Of a stretch of DNA of 32,000 nt, positions 7,601 to 16,410 are shown piece after piece; within the stretch, counting starts at the first letter, position 1; each line of letters opens with the position of its first letter. The notes under the pieces are model-generated. The model saw nothing but the letters and a program-made list of their open reading frames with translations. It did not search any database and was not told the origin of the DNA. A program made the position numbers and the translations under genes. The stretch is from Nitrososphaera viennensis EN76 (GTDB lineage Archaea > Thermoproteota > Nitrososphaeria > Nitrososphaerales > Nitrososphaeraceae): assembly GCF_000698785.1 (NCBI RefSeq), contig NZ_CP007536.1, forward strand, positions 990,001 through 1,022,000, read 5' to 3'.

Positions 7601-8854
7601 ATGCCTTCCTCCATCACCGCACTTGACGCCAGAATAGTCTTTAACAGCCGCGGAAGCAAGACCATAGAAGTTGACGTCGTGACAGACAAGAAATTTTCAG
7701 GCCGCGCCTGCGCGCCGTCCGGCGCAAGCGTCGGCAAGCTGGAGGCCCAGAGCTTTCCAGACAACAAGCCTGAAAAAGCGCTTGCGGCGTTTAACGCAAA
7801 CAGGAGAAAATTCATCGGCCTTGACGCCTCTGACACCAAGGCGGTTTTTGACGCACTGCGGAAAATAGACAAGACGGACAACTATTCCAAGATTGGAGGC
7901 TCTGTCGCGTACGCGCTTTCAATCGCGGCGGTAGACTCGGCAGCAAAGGCAAAGGGCGTGCCGCTTTTCAGGCTGCTGAACCCGAAAAAGCCGTACCGCT
8001 TCCCGTTCCCGCTTGGAAACGTGCTTGGCGGAGGCGCGCACGCCGGCCCCGGCACTCCCGACATCCAGGAGATACTTGCCTGCCCCGTCGGCGCCAAGGG
8101 CATCATGGAGGCTCTTGAGATGAATTTCCGGTTCCACTCGGAAATGCGCAAGGTAATAGAGTCGACAGACAGCAGGTTCACGTACGGCAGGGGCGACGAG
8201 GGCGCGTGGGCCCCAAGCGTCAACAACGACCAGGCGCTTGAAATTGCCGAGAAGACCATCGAAAAATGCGGCTACCGCCTTGGAAAGGACATGGCCCTTG
8301 GCATCGACTTTGCCAGCTCGTCGTTCTGGGACGAGAAAAACAGCGTCTACGACTATGCGAGGCAGGGAGTAAAGCGCGACACCGGCGAGCAGATCGAGTT
8401 TGCAAACAGGCTCATCAGGGACTACAAGCTTGCATACGCAGAAGACCCCGTGCACGAAGCGGATTTTGAAAGCATGGCAGTCTTGACGAAAAAGAACCCA
8501 CAGACGCTGGTGACAGGCGACGACATGCTTGTGACAAACGCGGGCATGGTGAAAAAGGCAGTCGAGTTCGGGGCGTGCTCCGGGGCGATCCTGAAGGTGA
8601 ACCAGGCAGGGAGCCTGTACGACGCCCTCCAGTTTGCCAGGGAATGCACGAAAAACGGCATCGGCATAATCACCTCTCACAGGTCCGGCGAGTCGGTCGA
8701 CTCGCACATCGCCCACATTGCAGTCGCGACGGGCTCGAAGATGATAAAAACGGGCGTGGTTGGAGGCGAGCGCATTGCGAAACTTAACGAGCTTGTGCGC
8801 CTGTCAGAGTATGATTTAATAGAAGGTATGGCCGAACTGACCCCTACGACATGA
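7601..8854 (+). CDS. eno: Enolase (phosphopyruvate hydratase)
   Basis: 417-aa ORF. I..L.ARIVFNSRGSKTIEVDV, SGASVG..EA and the C-terminal SHRSGE..D..IA.IAV match enolase signatures. Confidence 0.93.
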   Translation: MPSSITALDARIVFNSRGSKTIEVDVVTDKKFSGRACAPSGASVGKLEAQSFPDNKPEKALAAFNANRRKFIGLDASDTKAVFDALRKIDKTDNYSKIGGSVAYALSIAAVDSAAKAKGVPLFRLLNPKKPYRFPFPLGNVLGGGAHAGPGTPDIQEILACPVGAKGIMEALEMNFRFHSEMRKVIESTDSRFTYGRGDEGAWAPSVNNDQALEIAEKTIEKCGYRLGKDMALGIDFASSSFWDEKNSVYDYARQGVKRDTGEQIEFANRLIRDYKLAYAEDPVHEADFESMAVLTKKNPQTLVTGDDMLVTNAGMVKKAVEFGACSGAILKVNQAGSLYDALQFARECTKNGIGIITSHRSGESVDSHIAHIAVATGSKMIKTGVVGGERIAKLNELVRLSEYDLIEGMAELTPTT

Positions 8855-9564
8855 GCAATAAGCCCGAAGACGTCTCTTCTCCAGCAGAGGAGACCAAGGT
8901 GGAGGAGACTACTGCTGCTACTCCCGTGGTAGAAAGCCCGGAAGGCCAGGACTCCATTGACACTGACAATTTAGAAAAGATGATACTTTCAACAGGCATC
9001 AGGGTAGGAACGCCGGTCAAGACGAAATACATGTCGCCTTTTATCGTGCGCGCAAACCCGGAGGGCCTGTACATACTGGACATCAGCAAGACGCTGGCAA
9101 GGATCGACGTCGCTGCCAAGTTCATCGGCAGGTCGGACATTTCCAAGGTCGCAGTCACTTCTGCACGCGAATACGGCAAGACCCCGGTGGAAAAGTTCTG
9201 CGAGCTGACAGGCGCGACCCCGATACTGGGCAGGTTCATGCCCGGAACGTTCACCAACCCGTCGCTCCCTGACTATATGGAGCCGGAGATCGTCGTCGTG
9301 ACGGACCCGCAGGCCGACCAGCAGGCAGTCATCGAGGCGACGAGGGCAGGAGTGCCGGTGATCGCAGTGTCAAACAGCGACAACGTCACTTCCAAGGTCG
9401 ACCTGGTCATCCCCGCAAACAACAGGGGCAGAAAGGCGCTTGCAACTGTGTACTGGCTCCTTGCAAGGGAAGTCATGAAGAAGCAGGGCAAGATCAAGTC
9501 CGACAGCGAGATGAAGATATCAATCGACGACTTTGAGACAAAGCTCGTCGAGGAAATATCCTAA
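8851..9564 (+). CDS. rps2: 30S ribosomal protein S2 (uS2) with a ~45-aa acidic N-terminal extension
   Basis: GIRVGTPVKTKYMSPFIVRANPEGLYILDISKT..R...AA.FI and VTDP..D.QAV.EA...G.PVIA match archaeal uS2. ATGA overlap with the eno stop. This is the conserved archaeal rpoN-eno-rps2 neighbourhood. Confidence 0.9.
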   Translation: MSNKPEDVSSPAEETKVEETTAATPVVESPEGQDSIDTDNLEKMILSTGIRVGTPVKTKYMSPFIVRANPEGLYILDISKTLARIDVAAKFIGRSDISKVAVTSAREYGKTPVEKFCELTGATPILGRFMPGTFTNPSLPDYMEPEIVVVTDPQADQQAVIEATRAGVPVIAVSNSDNVTSKVDLVIPANNRGRKALATVYWLLAREVMKKQGKIKSDSEMKISIDDFETKLVEEIS

Positions 9565-9619
9565 TTTCACAGGATTTTTTCCTGCCCCCATATTTTGTGT
9601 ATCAATCAATCCAAAGTGC

Positions 9620-10470
9620 TTACAGATAGCGAATGCCGTGGTTATGGTTCTGCTCAAGCCTTGATTCAGGAATGCGAGGATCCCACATGTACGGACAGAT
9701 AAGGGAGACGGGCAGACCGCTTGTCGAAATCAGGTCTTCCCACGCGTCTTCAAGAGCCATGCAATCCAGGTAATTTTCATGGGCAAGGAAGTGGCTGGCG
9801 CAAAGTCCAAGCACGTTCAGCCCGGACTTTTTTTCTTGGATAGCCATCCTGCGAGTAGACCGCAGTATCGACCTCATCGACGTCTTCATATGGCCGCTGC
9901 CCACGCCCAGGCCGTTGCAATCAAGCATGACAAGGTCTTGCTGCTGTCGTTGCTGTTGTTGTTGCTGCTGTTGTTGTGCTGCCAGGCCGGCATTCATCAG
10001 AGTTTTGGCGCGTCCCTGGAGTTCCTCAGGGCATAGAGGACATTTAGACGATTTTTCTTTATCCCCGCGGCGCGAAACGAGGAGAGGATCTTGGAGAAAT
10101 CATTTTCTGACTTGTATACCAGTGCCACATGCTGGTGGTTTTCGATGCCAGACAGCACGTGTGCGCCGTCGTAACGCCTTCGTATCTCATCGACCACATG
10201 AAGGAAATTCGAGAGCTGCTCTGCGTCCCGGATCCTTGGGAATTCGTGCGCCAGCCTTGCCGAAACCTTGTCCAGGACAAAAGGCGCCGCCGGCGGCAGC
10301 ATATCGTTCAGGGCCTGCGCGAATTTGACGGCAGTTGAGCGTTCCAGGATATTCTCAAGCCTTACGCCGCGCGAATGGTCCAGCTTGTTCCGAAGGACTC
10401 GCCAGACTTCTTCCCCAAGAAAGTCAGTCAGCGAGTCTTCTATTGCATCTACAGCTTTTCTTGTAAGCAA
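9620..10470 (-). pseudogene. MEDS-domain protein split into two ORFs (9997..10470 and 9620..9997) by a 1-nt frameshift near 10024-10033; carries a poly-Q tract
   Basis: ORF1 ends ...HVALVYKSENDFSKILSSFRAAGIKKNRLNVLYALRNSRDAPKL*. The ORF2 frame is open upstream to 10099 and reads ...PEELQGRAKTLMNAGLAAQQQQQQQQQRQQQDLVMLD...LNVLGLCASHFL....LEDAW.....LPVSLICPY. Joined at YA/PEEL this gives one continuous MEDS-like domain of ~283 aa. Confidence 0.6.
9938..9982. repeat. (CAR)n trinucleotide tract (plus strand YTG repeats) encoding Q9-R-Q3
   Basis: ttgctgctgtcgttgctgttgttgttgctgctgttgttgtgctgc. Confidence 0.9.
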
Positions 10471-10915
10471 TAGCTAACGGGCTCCAAGTTACCATTATGG
10501 AATTGAGAAAGAGAGATACTTAACCATTCGTCAAGCGACTCTATCAGGATAAGGGTTTTTTATGCCAGGTTGGTAGTGTTTTCCCTCACTGCACACTTGC
10601 AATTTGGCTCAAATCACCTATCTGGCCGGGAGTTTATCGCATTCGTCCCAGACGGCGCAAGGAGGCCTATTTTAACGTCTAAATACGGGAAGTCGTTTTC
10701 TATTTCCGGTTGATGGTAAATAGCAACGACGACGACGGCAGGCATTCAAGTTGTTGCCACAGAGTGCCATTTTCAATGACGATGATGATTACAACAAATT
10801 TAGCACATATTAATAACAAAAAGAAAATTGCAGGATTTTTTGCTGTCCAGAAAAAAATAACAACAGCAACAACAACAGTAGTAGTAGCAGCATCAGTGGT
10901 AGAGGAAACAGCATC

Positions 10916-11785
10916 TTGACCAAGCCGACAAAAAGACCGCCGGCCGTCGCCGGCATGTTTTATCCTTCAAACGAGCACGAGCTGCGGCTGACCATAGACC
11001 AGTCCTTCCGCAACACCAAGTTCGGGCCGGGAAGGCCCCCGCCCGCGCTGACAACATCAGCAGAAGAAGAGCGCAAGATATACGGCATTGTTTGCCCGCA
11101 CGCCGGCTACACGTACTCTGGCGCGGTGGCGGCAAACGGCTTTTACGCCATTTCCGCAAGCGACTTTGACAACGTCGTGATGGTGGGGCCAAACCACTAC
11201 GGGATAGGTTCCGGCGTGGCGACCATGAAGGGCGGGACGTGGGAGACGCCCCTCGGGCAGGTGCAGGTAAACAGCGAATGGACGCAAGAGATCGCAAGGA
11301 AATCCGGCATCATCGACTTTGACGACTTTGCCCACAGCCGCGACCACTGCCTCGAGGTGCAGCTGCCTTTCCTGCAGTCGATAAAGAGCAGGTTCACGAT
11401 TGTGCCGGTTATCCTGATAATGCAGGACATCGACACCGCGTTTGACGTCGGAAAGGCCATAGCCGACACGGTTGTAGAGAATCCAAAGACAAAGACGATT
11501 TTGATTGCGTCGTCGGACCTTACTCACTATGAGCCAAACATAATGGCGCACGAAAAAGACAATGAACTGATAAAGGCGATGCTTACCCTCGACGTCACGA
11601 AATTCTACGCTGTGCTGGAGAGGATGGACGTTTCTGCGTGCGGGTACGGCGCCATTGCGTCAATAATGGTCGCCGCAAAGAACCTGGGCGCGACCCGGGG
11701 CGAGCTGTTGAAATATGCGACCAGCGGAGACGTGACAGGGGACACGGACGCGGTGGTCGGCTATTCATCGGTGATATTTGTATGA
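10916..11785 (+). CDS. Memo-like protein (AmmeMemoRadiSam system protein B family)
   Basis: RPPAVAGMFYPS, GIVCPHAGYTYSG, GPNHYG and HSRDHCLEVQLPFLQ are family hallmarks. TTG start at 10916; the alternative ATG 10955 would cut into the conserved AG.FYP motif. Confidence 0.85.
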   Translation: MTKPTKRPPAVAGMFYPSNEHELRLTIDQSFRNTKFGPGRPPPALTTSAEEERKIYGIVCPHAGYTYSGAVAANGFYAISASDFDNVVMVGPNHYGIGSGVATMKGGTWETPLGQVQVNSEWTQEIARKSGIIDFDDFAHSRDHCLEVQLPFLQSIKSRFTIVPVILIMQDIDTAFDVGKAIADTVVENPKTKTILIASSDLTHYEPNIMAHEKDNELIKAMLTLDVTKFYAVLERMDVSACGYGAIASIMVAAKNLGATRGELLKYATSGDVTGDTDAVVGYSSVIFV

Positions 11786-12777
11786 CTGTAACAGCAACAG
11801 CGGTAGCAAAGGCAAGGGCGGCGGCTCCGGCAAAGATAATCCTGTTTGGCGAGCATTTCGTCGTGTACGGCAACCCTGCAATACTTGCGTCCATCAACCG
11901 CAGGATAACCGTCACGGCAAAGAAATCCAGGGACGGCGGCAAGGTCAAGATAAAATCTGACATCGCATCAGGCGAGTTTGACGGCTCGACGTTCCGGCTT
12001 ATCGAGGGCGCCAACGCGCGCGCAACCCTGGAGCCTCTGTATTACGCGGCCAGGCAGGCGCTTGACGACAAGAAGCAGCAAAAGGGAGGGCTTGAGATAG
12101 AGATAAAATCAGACATCCCCTACGGAGTGGGCCTCGGGTCGTCCGCCGCGGCGCTTGTAGCCACAATTGCGGCAGTCGAGTCGCTTCTTGGCAGGGCAGA
12201 CAAAAAGAAGGTCTGCGAGAGCGCGATTGAAGCAGAGAAGATAATCCACAAGAACTCGTCAGGGGCCGACTGCTTTGTCAGCACCTTTGGGGGCATGATG
12301 CACTACAGCAAGGGCGGCGGCTTTAAAAAAGTCGAGGCAAAGACCAAGCTCTTCCTCGTCATCGGGGACACCGGAATAAAGCACAACACGGGCGACCTTG
12401 TCTCAAGCGTGCGCAAGCTGAAGGAGGCAAACCAGATGGCGTTTTCCGGCCTGATGTCGCAGTCCAGGGACATCTGCAACCAGGCCCTTGCCGCGCTCAA
12501 CAGCGGCAACACGGAGCACCTCGGCATGCTGATGAACGAAAACCAGCTCCTGCTTGAGCGCCTCGGAGTATCGCACGAAAAGGCAGACGACCTGATAGAC
12601 GTGGCAAGGCGTGCGGGCGCGCTTGGAGCCAAGATAACGGGTGCAGGAGGCGGGGGCGCGATAATAGCGCTGGCCGCTTCAAAGGAGGACAGCGAGAGGA
12701 TCGCATCGGCGATAAAGGAAACAGGCCAGGGCGCCTTTGAAGTCGAGATCGACACCAAGGGCCTGGTCCTTGGCTAG
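11782..12777 (+). CDS. mvk: Mevalonate kinase (GHMP family)
   Basis: MTVTATAVAKARAAAPAKIILFGEHFVVYG, the GHMP motif PYGVGLGSSAAALVATI, and C-terminal KITGAGGGG. ATG 11782 overlaps the Memo-like stop (ATGA). The longer track ORF from 11638 is an upstream out-of-gene extension. Confidence 0.9.
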   Translation: MTVTATAVAKARAAAPAKIILFGEHFVVYGNPAILASINRRITVTAKKSRDGGKVKIKSDIASGEFDGSTFRLIEGANARATLEPLYYAARQALDDKKQQKGGLEIEIKSDIPYGVGLGSSAAALVATIAAVESLLGRADKKKVCESAIEAEKIIHKNSSGADCFVSTFGGMMHYSKGGGFKKVEAKTKLFLVIGDTGIKHNTGDLVSSVRKLKEANQMAFSGLMSQSRDICNQALAALNSGNTEHLGMLMNENQLLLERLGVSHEKADDLIDVARRAGALGAKITGAGGGGAIIALAASKEDSERIASAIKETGQGAFEVEIDTKGLVLG

Positions 12778-12791
12778 ACGGCTGTAGCTAG

Positions 12792-13802
12792 CTAGGCGTT
12801 TTTCAGGGGCGCTATCAGGTGCATCGGCTTTACCAGGTCCGCAATGTCGACCCAGCAGCGCGCTATTCTGTCCAGAGAGTAAGTAAGGTTCAGCACCGCG
12901 ACCGTCGACTCGGGGCTCTTGTTGTCCGCGTTGGCCGAGGCCTCTTTGATCGAGCTCATGATCTCGTTGAATTTGCCGTACATGTTGACCACCTCCACAG
13001 AGTCGGCACGGTTCTTGCCGGCAAACGCCGCCACCGCCTTTTCCTGCATCTTTTCCACAAGCTCGCCGGCCTGCACAAACCTGTCAATGAGGGCAAGCCT
13101 GGCAAAGTCCTGCATAGGCGCAAGGTCGACAATAAAATCGCCGGCGCTTTCAAGCAGGTTTGCCGCGATCCTGTAGTCGAGGATGTCGATGTTGCTCAGG
13201 TTGAGTTTTCCGGCAAGCTGCTGGTCCATCATGGCGCTCCTTATGAGGCGCACCAGCAAAAAGTATTGCCGGTCGACCTCGTCGTCGCGCCCGCCTATCG
13301 AGCGCTTGGCGATGTTCTCTCGCTCCTTTATCGCTTCAAGCATCTCGCGGAACATGCCGGCTACAAGCGAGTTCATCCGGCGCAGGATCTTTTCGGCGTC
13401 AAGAGTGTTTGGGTCAAGCAGGAACTGCGACGAGATGGTCTGCCGGTCCTCTTCCACTATCTCCAGGCCCACCAGCTTTCTCATCGCCCGCTTGAAGCGC
13501 TCGGCGTCCTCGTACGTTATCGAGCCGGCCGCCTTTACCCGTATCACGTCATAGCCAAGCAGGTACGCTCCGTACACCTGGTTGACAAGCGAGTCCATCG
13601 AAGCCGGCGAGTACTGGATGGTCACCTCTTTGGTGCTCTCGGCCTCCTCGCCGGACGGAAATATCGAAATAGTGTTGTCCCTGTTGATGTTTACAGGCAC
13701 GATGCTGCCTTTTCTTAGGTTGTTGTCCTTGACCCACTGGCTCGGGAGCGAAATGAGGATGCTGCTTCCAATCTGCTGGAGGCGCCTTGCGTATCTCACC
13801 AT
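12792..13802 (-). CDS. AbrB/SpoVT-domain plus PhoU-repeat regulator (archaeal phosphate-uptake-regulator type)
   Basis: The N-terminus VRYARRLQQIGSSILISLPSQWVKDNNLRKGSIV is an AbrB-type swapped-hairpin motif. It is followed by two helical PhoU-like repeats (E..D..VDRQYFLL.R). Confidence 0.8.
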   Translation of the reverse strand: MVRYARRLQQIGSSILISLPSQWVKDNNLRKGSIVPVNINRDNTISIFPSGEEAESTKEVTIQYSPASMDSLVNQVYGAYLLGYDVIRVKAAGSITYEDAERFKRAMRKLVGLEIVEEDRQTISSQFLLDPNTLDAEKILRRMNSLVAGMFREMLEAIKERENIAKRSIGGRDDEVDRQYFLLVRLIRSAMMDQQLAGKLNLSNIDILDYRIAANLLESAGDFIVDLAPMQDFARLALIDRFVQAGELVEKMQEKAVAAFAGKNRADSVEVVNMYGKFNEIMSSIKEASANADNKSPESTVAVLNLTYSLDRIARCWVDIADLVKPMHLIAPLKNA

Positions 13803-13869
13803 AAATAGTATAAACTCATTTAAACTAATTAAACATTATTTTTATATTTACTGACTTTTATAAACGGCT

Positions 13870-14817
13870 ATGGCATCTACAGTGGTCACGGCGCCGGCAG
13901 CTGTGGCCAAGGCGTTCTCCCCGGGCCACGTCACAGGTTTCTTCGAGATACCGAAACTGCGCGGCACAAGCTCCCCACAGTACAGGGGCTCAAGAGGCGC
14001 CGGCTTTTCCATCGACAGGGGCATTTCCACGACCGTCCACGTCTTTGAGGACGGCAGCGGCAGGACGGGCTCTAAAATTTTGATAAACGGCAGGGCCGCC
14101 AAGCCAAGGGACGCAGAGGTGTCGCAGTGGATCGTCGACAGGTATGCAGGAGAAAAGAACGCGGACAAGCCGTTCTTTGTAAGGGTCGAGCACGAGATAG
14201 ACATCCCTGTTGGCTTTGGCCTGGGCTCCAGCGGCGCGGCCGCATTGAGCCTCAGCTATGCGCTCAATGCGGCGCTTGGCTCAAGGCGGAGCATGCAAGA
14301 GGCCGCGCAGCTGGCGCACGAGGCCGAAATAGCGTGCAGGACGGGCCTTGGCACCGTGATTGCCGAGTACGCTGGAGGCTTTGAGATGCGCACTGGCGCA
14401 GGCGCGCCGGGCATCGGCACGGTCGAGAGGATCCCGCTTGAAGGTCATTACAAAGCGGTGATACTCTGCATATCTCCGATCTCTACCAAGGCTTTCCTTG
14501 CAAACCGCATGGACACGATAAACGGCCTTGGGGGCAAGATGCTTGACAGACTTGCAGAGACGAGAAGCGTAGACGACTTTATGAAAATGTCGTACCAGTT
14601 TGCCGACACGCTCGGGCTCACTGAAGGCAGGTGCAGGGCACCGGTGCGCGCATTGAGGGAGGCAGGGTTTGAGTGCAGCGTCGCCCTGTTTGGCGAGACC
14701 GTGTTTACAATAGTGCCGGAGGCCCGCGCAGGCGAAGCGGCAGGCGTTCTGCAGAAATTTTTTGAGGGCACGCTGCTTGTCTGCGACATTGACGGCAGGG
14801 GCGCAAGGGTCCTCTGA
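13870..14817 (+). CDS. Pantoate kinase (archaeal CoA pathway, GHMP family, COG1829 type)
   Basis: AFSPGHVTGFFEI...GS.GAGFS and the GHMP motif PVGFGLGSSGAAALS. First gene of the PoK-PPS-panB-coaBC cluster. Confidence 0.8.
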   Translation: MASTVVTAPAAVAKAFSPGHVTGFFEIPKLRGTSSPQYRGSRGAGFSIDRGISTTVHVFEDGSGRTGSKILINGRAAKPRDAEVSQWIVDRYAGEKNADKPFFVRVEHEIDIPVGFGLGSSGAAALSLSYALNAALGSRRSMQEAAQLAHEAEIACRTGLGTVIAEYAGGFEMRTGAGAPGIGTVERIPLEGHYKAVILCISPISTKAFLANRMDTINGLGGKMLDRLAETRSVDDFMKMSYQFADTLGLTEGRCRAPVRALREAGFECSVALFGETVFTIVPEARAGEAAGVLQKFFEGTLLVCDIDGRGARVL

Positions 14818-14818
14818 G

Positions 14819-15559
14819 ATGATACCGCAGGACCACCCGCGCGCCGAGTCGCTGCATACAAGGGAGATGCTGGTCGACGGATTCAGGCGCAAGCTGGTAG
14901 TTGCAGAGGGCCTGATAGCGCACGGCAGGGGAGAGGCCTACGACTATTTGATCGGCGAGCGCACCAGCGCAGTTGCAAAAAAGGCCATACGCGCGGCTGC
15001 CGCAGCGCTCCTCCTGCCAGACAAGAGGGCGGTGCTTTCAGTCAACGGCAACGCGGCCGCCCTGTGCCCAAAAGAGATAGTGGAACTGTCCGGGATCACG
15101 GGCGCGGCGATCGAGGTGAACCTGTTCTACCGCACCGAGGAAAGGGAATACGCCATCAAGGCCGAGCTGGAGAGGCACGGCGCAAGAAACGTGCTTGGAG
15201 TCGGCCCGCGCGCGTCTGCCAAGATACCCGAGCTTTCAAGCGAGCGCAGGCGCGTCGACCCGGACGGGATATTTGCGGCAGACACGGTCTTTGTGCCGCT
15301 TGAAGACGGCGACAGGACGGAGGCGCTTGCAAGGATGGGCAAGACCGTGATCACGGTGGACCTGAACCCGCTTTCAAGGACGGCCAGGGCCGCGCACGTG
15401 ACCATAGTGGACAATTTGGTAAGGGCCATGCCGGCGCTTGTGCATGAGGCGCAGGCGCTAAAAGGCAGGGACGAAAAGTCGCTCAAAAAGATTGTCAGCG
15501 CGTTTGACAACGAAAAGAACCTTGCACAGTCGCTCAAGAAAATAAGGGGAGGAATATGA
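14819..15559 (+). CDS. Phosphopantothenate synthetase (4-phosphopantoate--beta-alanine ligase, COG1701 type)
   Basis: MIPQDHPRAESLHTREMLVDG......GLIAHGRGEAYDYLIGE and VDLNPLSRTA match the archaeal PPS family. ATG 14819 lies 1 nt after the PoK stop. The track start 14762 overlaps PoK and is unlikely. Confidence 0.8.
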   Translation: MIPQDHPRAESLHTREMLVDGFRRKLVVAEGLIAHGRGEAYDYLIGERTSAVAKKAIRAAAAALLLPDKRAVLSVNGNAAALCPKEIVELSGITGAAIEVNLFYRTEEREYAIKAELERHGARNVLGVGPRASAKIPELSSERRRVDPDGIFAADTVFVPLEDGDRTEALARMGKTVITVDLNPLSRTARAAHVTIVDNLVRAMPALVHEAQALKGRDEKSLKKIVSAFDNEKNLAQSLKKIRGGI

Positions 15560-16410
15560 TGACGCAGGCCAGAAAGAAGGTAAGCGTAAGCGACCTTGCT
15601 TCCATGAAGGGCAAGGAAAAGATCTCGGTCCTCACGGCGTACGACTATTCCACCGCGCTGATATGCGACAGGGCCGGAGTCGACATCCTGCTGGTAGGCG
15701 ACAGCGCCGGGATGGTGGTCCTTGGGCACCCAAGCACGGTCCCGGTCAACATGCAGGAGATGCTGATGTTCTGCGGCGCGGTGTCAAGGGGGGCCAAGAG
15801 GGCGATGATAGTAGGCGACATGCCGTTTGGCTCGTACCAGCCAGGCACGAGCACGGCCATTGAAAACGCGGTCCAGTTCATCAAGGGAGGATGCGACGCG
15901 GTGAAACTGGAAGGCGGCGCAGAGATCGCCGACAAGGTAAAAGCCATCGTGGACGCAGGCGTGCCGGTCATGGGCCACATCGGGCTAAAGCCGCAGACGT
16001 CGTCGCTGTGGGAGGGCTACCGCCTGCAGGGCAGGACAGCCGAGTCGGCGCGGCGCCTGGTGCAGGACGCGCAGGCGCTTGAAAAGGCAGGCGTTTTTTC
16101 GATAGTGCTGGAGATGGTCGCAAGCGAGGTTGCAGAGGTTGTCACCAGAAAGGTGTCCGTGCCCACAATCGGCATAGGCTCCGGCCCGGGTTGCGACGGC
16201 CAGGTGCTCGTGCTGCACGACCTGCTTGGGATATACGAGGACATGAAGCCAAAGTTTGTCAAGAGGTACGCCGAGCTTGCCAGGCCGATCCTTGACGCGG
16301 TCTTGCGCTACACGCAGGACGTCAAGGCAGGCAAGTTCCCGGAAGAGATCAGCACCTTTCACATGAGCCCCGAGGAGCTGGAGAAATTCAGAGGAAAGAA
16401 CAAGAAATGA
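15556..16410 (+). CDS. panB: 3-methyl-2-oxobutanoate hydroxymethyltransferase (ketopantoate hydroxymethyltransferase)
   Basis: ISVLTAYDYSTA...RAGVDILLVGDS.GMV.LGH.ST.PV....M......V.RGAKRA.IVGDMPFGSYQ is canonical PanB. ATGA overlap with the PPS stop. Confidence 0.92.
   Translation: MMTQARKKVSVSDLASMKGKEKISVLTAYDYSTALICDRAGVDILLVGDSAGMVVLGHPSTVPVNMQEMLMFCGAVSRGAKRAMIVGDMPFGSYQPGTSTAIENAVQFIKGGCDAVKLEGGAEIADKVKAIVDAGVPVMGHIGLKPQTSSLWEGYRLQGRTAESARRLVQDAQALEKAGVFSIVLEMVASEVAEVVTRKVSVPTIGIGSGPGCDGQVLVLHDLLGIYEDMKPKFVKRYAELARPILDAVLRYTQDVKAGKFPEEISTFHMSPEELEKFRGKNKK

Noticed and set aside
7919-8716. 265-aa minus-strand ORF opposite enolase (similar cases: 12819..13718, 14281..14892, 15127..15729, 18911..19591, 19889..20812, 21419..22246, 23517..24056)
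   Set aside because: All are antisense to confidently identified genes, have Arg/His/Val-rich low-information sequences, and lack start or promoter context.
10785-10800. GATGATGA (C-box-like) in the long spacer
   Set aside because: No CUGA D box lies within 40-70 nt downstream on either strand. It is part of a GAT/GAC triplet run.
10710-10919. 69-aa ORF MMVNSNDDDGRHSSCCH...TTATTTVVVAASVVEETAS
   Set aside because: It is a translation of triplet repeats and an A-rich spacer. It is low complexity and runs into the Memo-like start. I treat it as non-coding.
11638-11781. Upstream 48-codon extension of mevalonate kinase in the track ORF
   Set aside because: It overlaps the Memo-like gene out of frame. 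The conserved Mvk N-terminus (APAKIILFGEH) follows ATG 11782, which forms an ATGA stop/start overlap.
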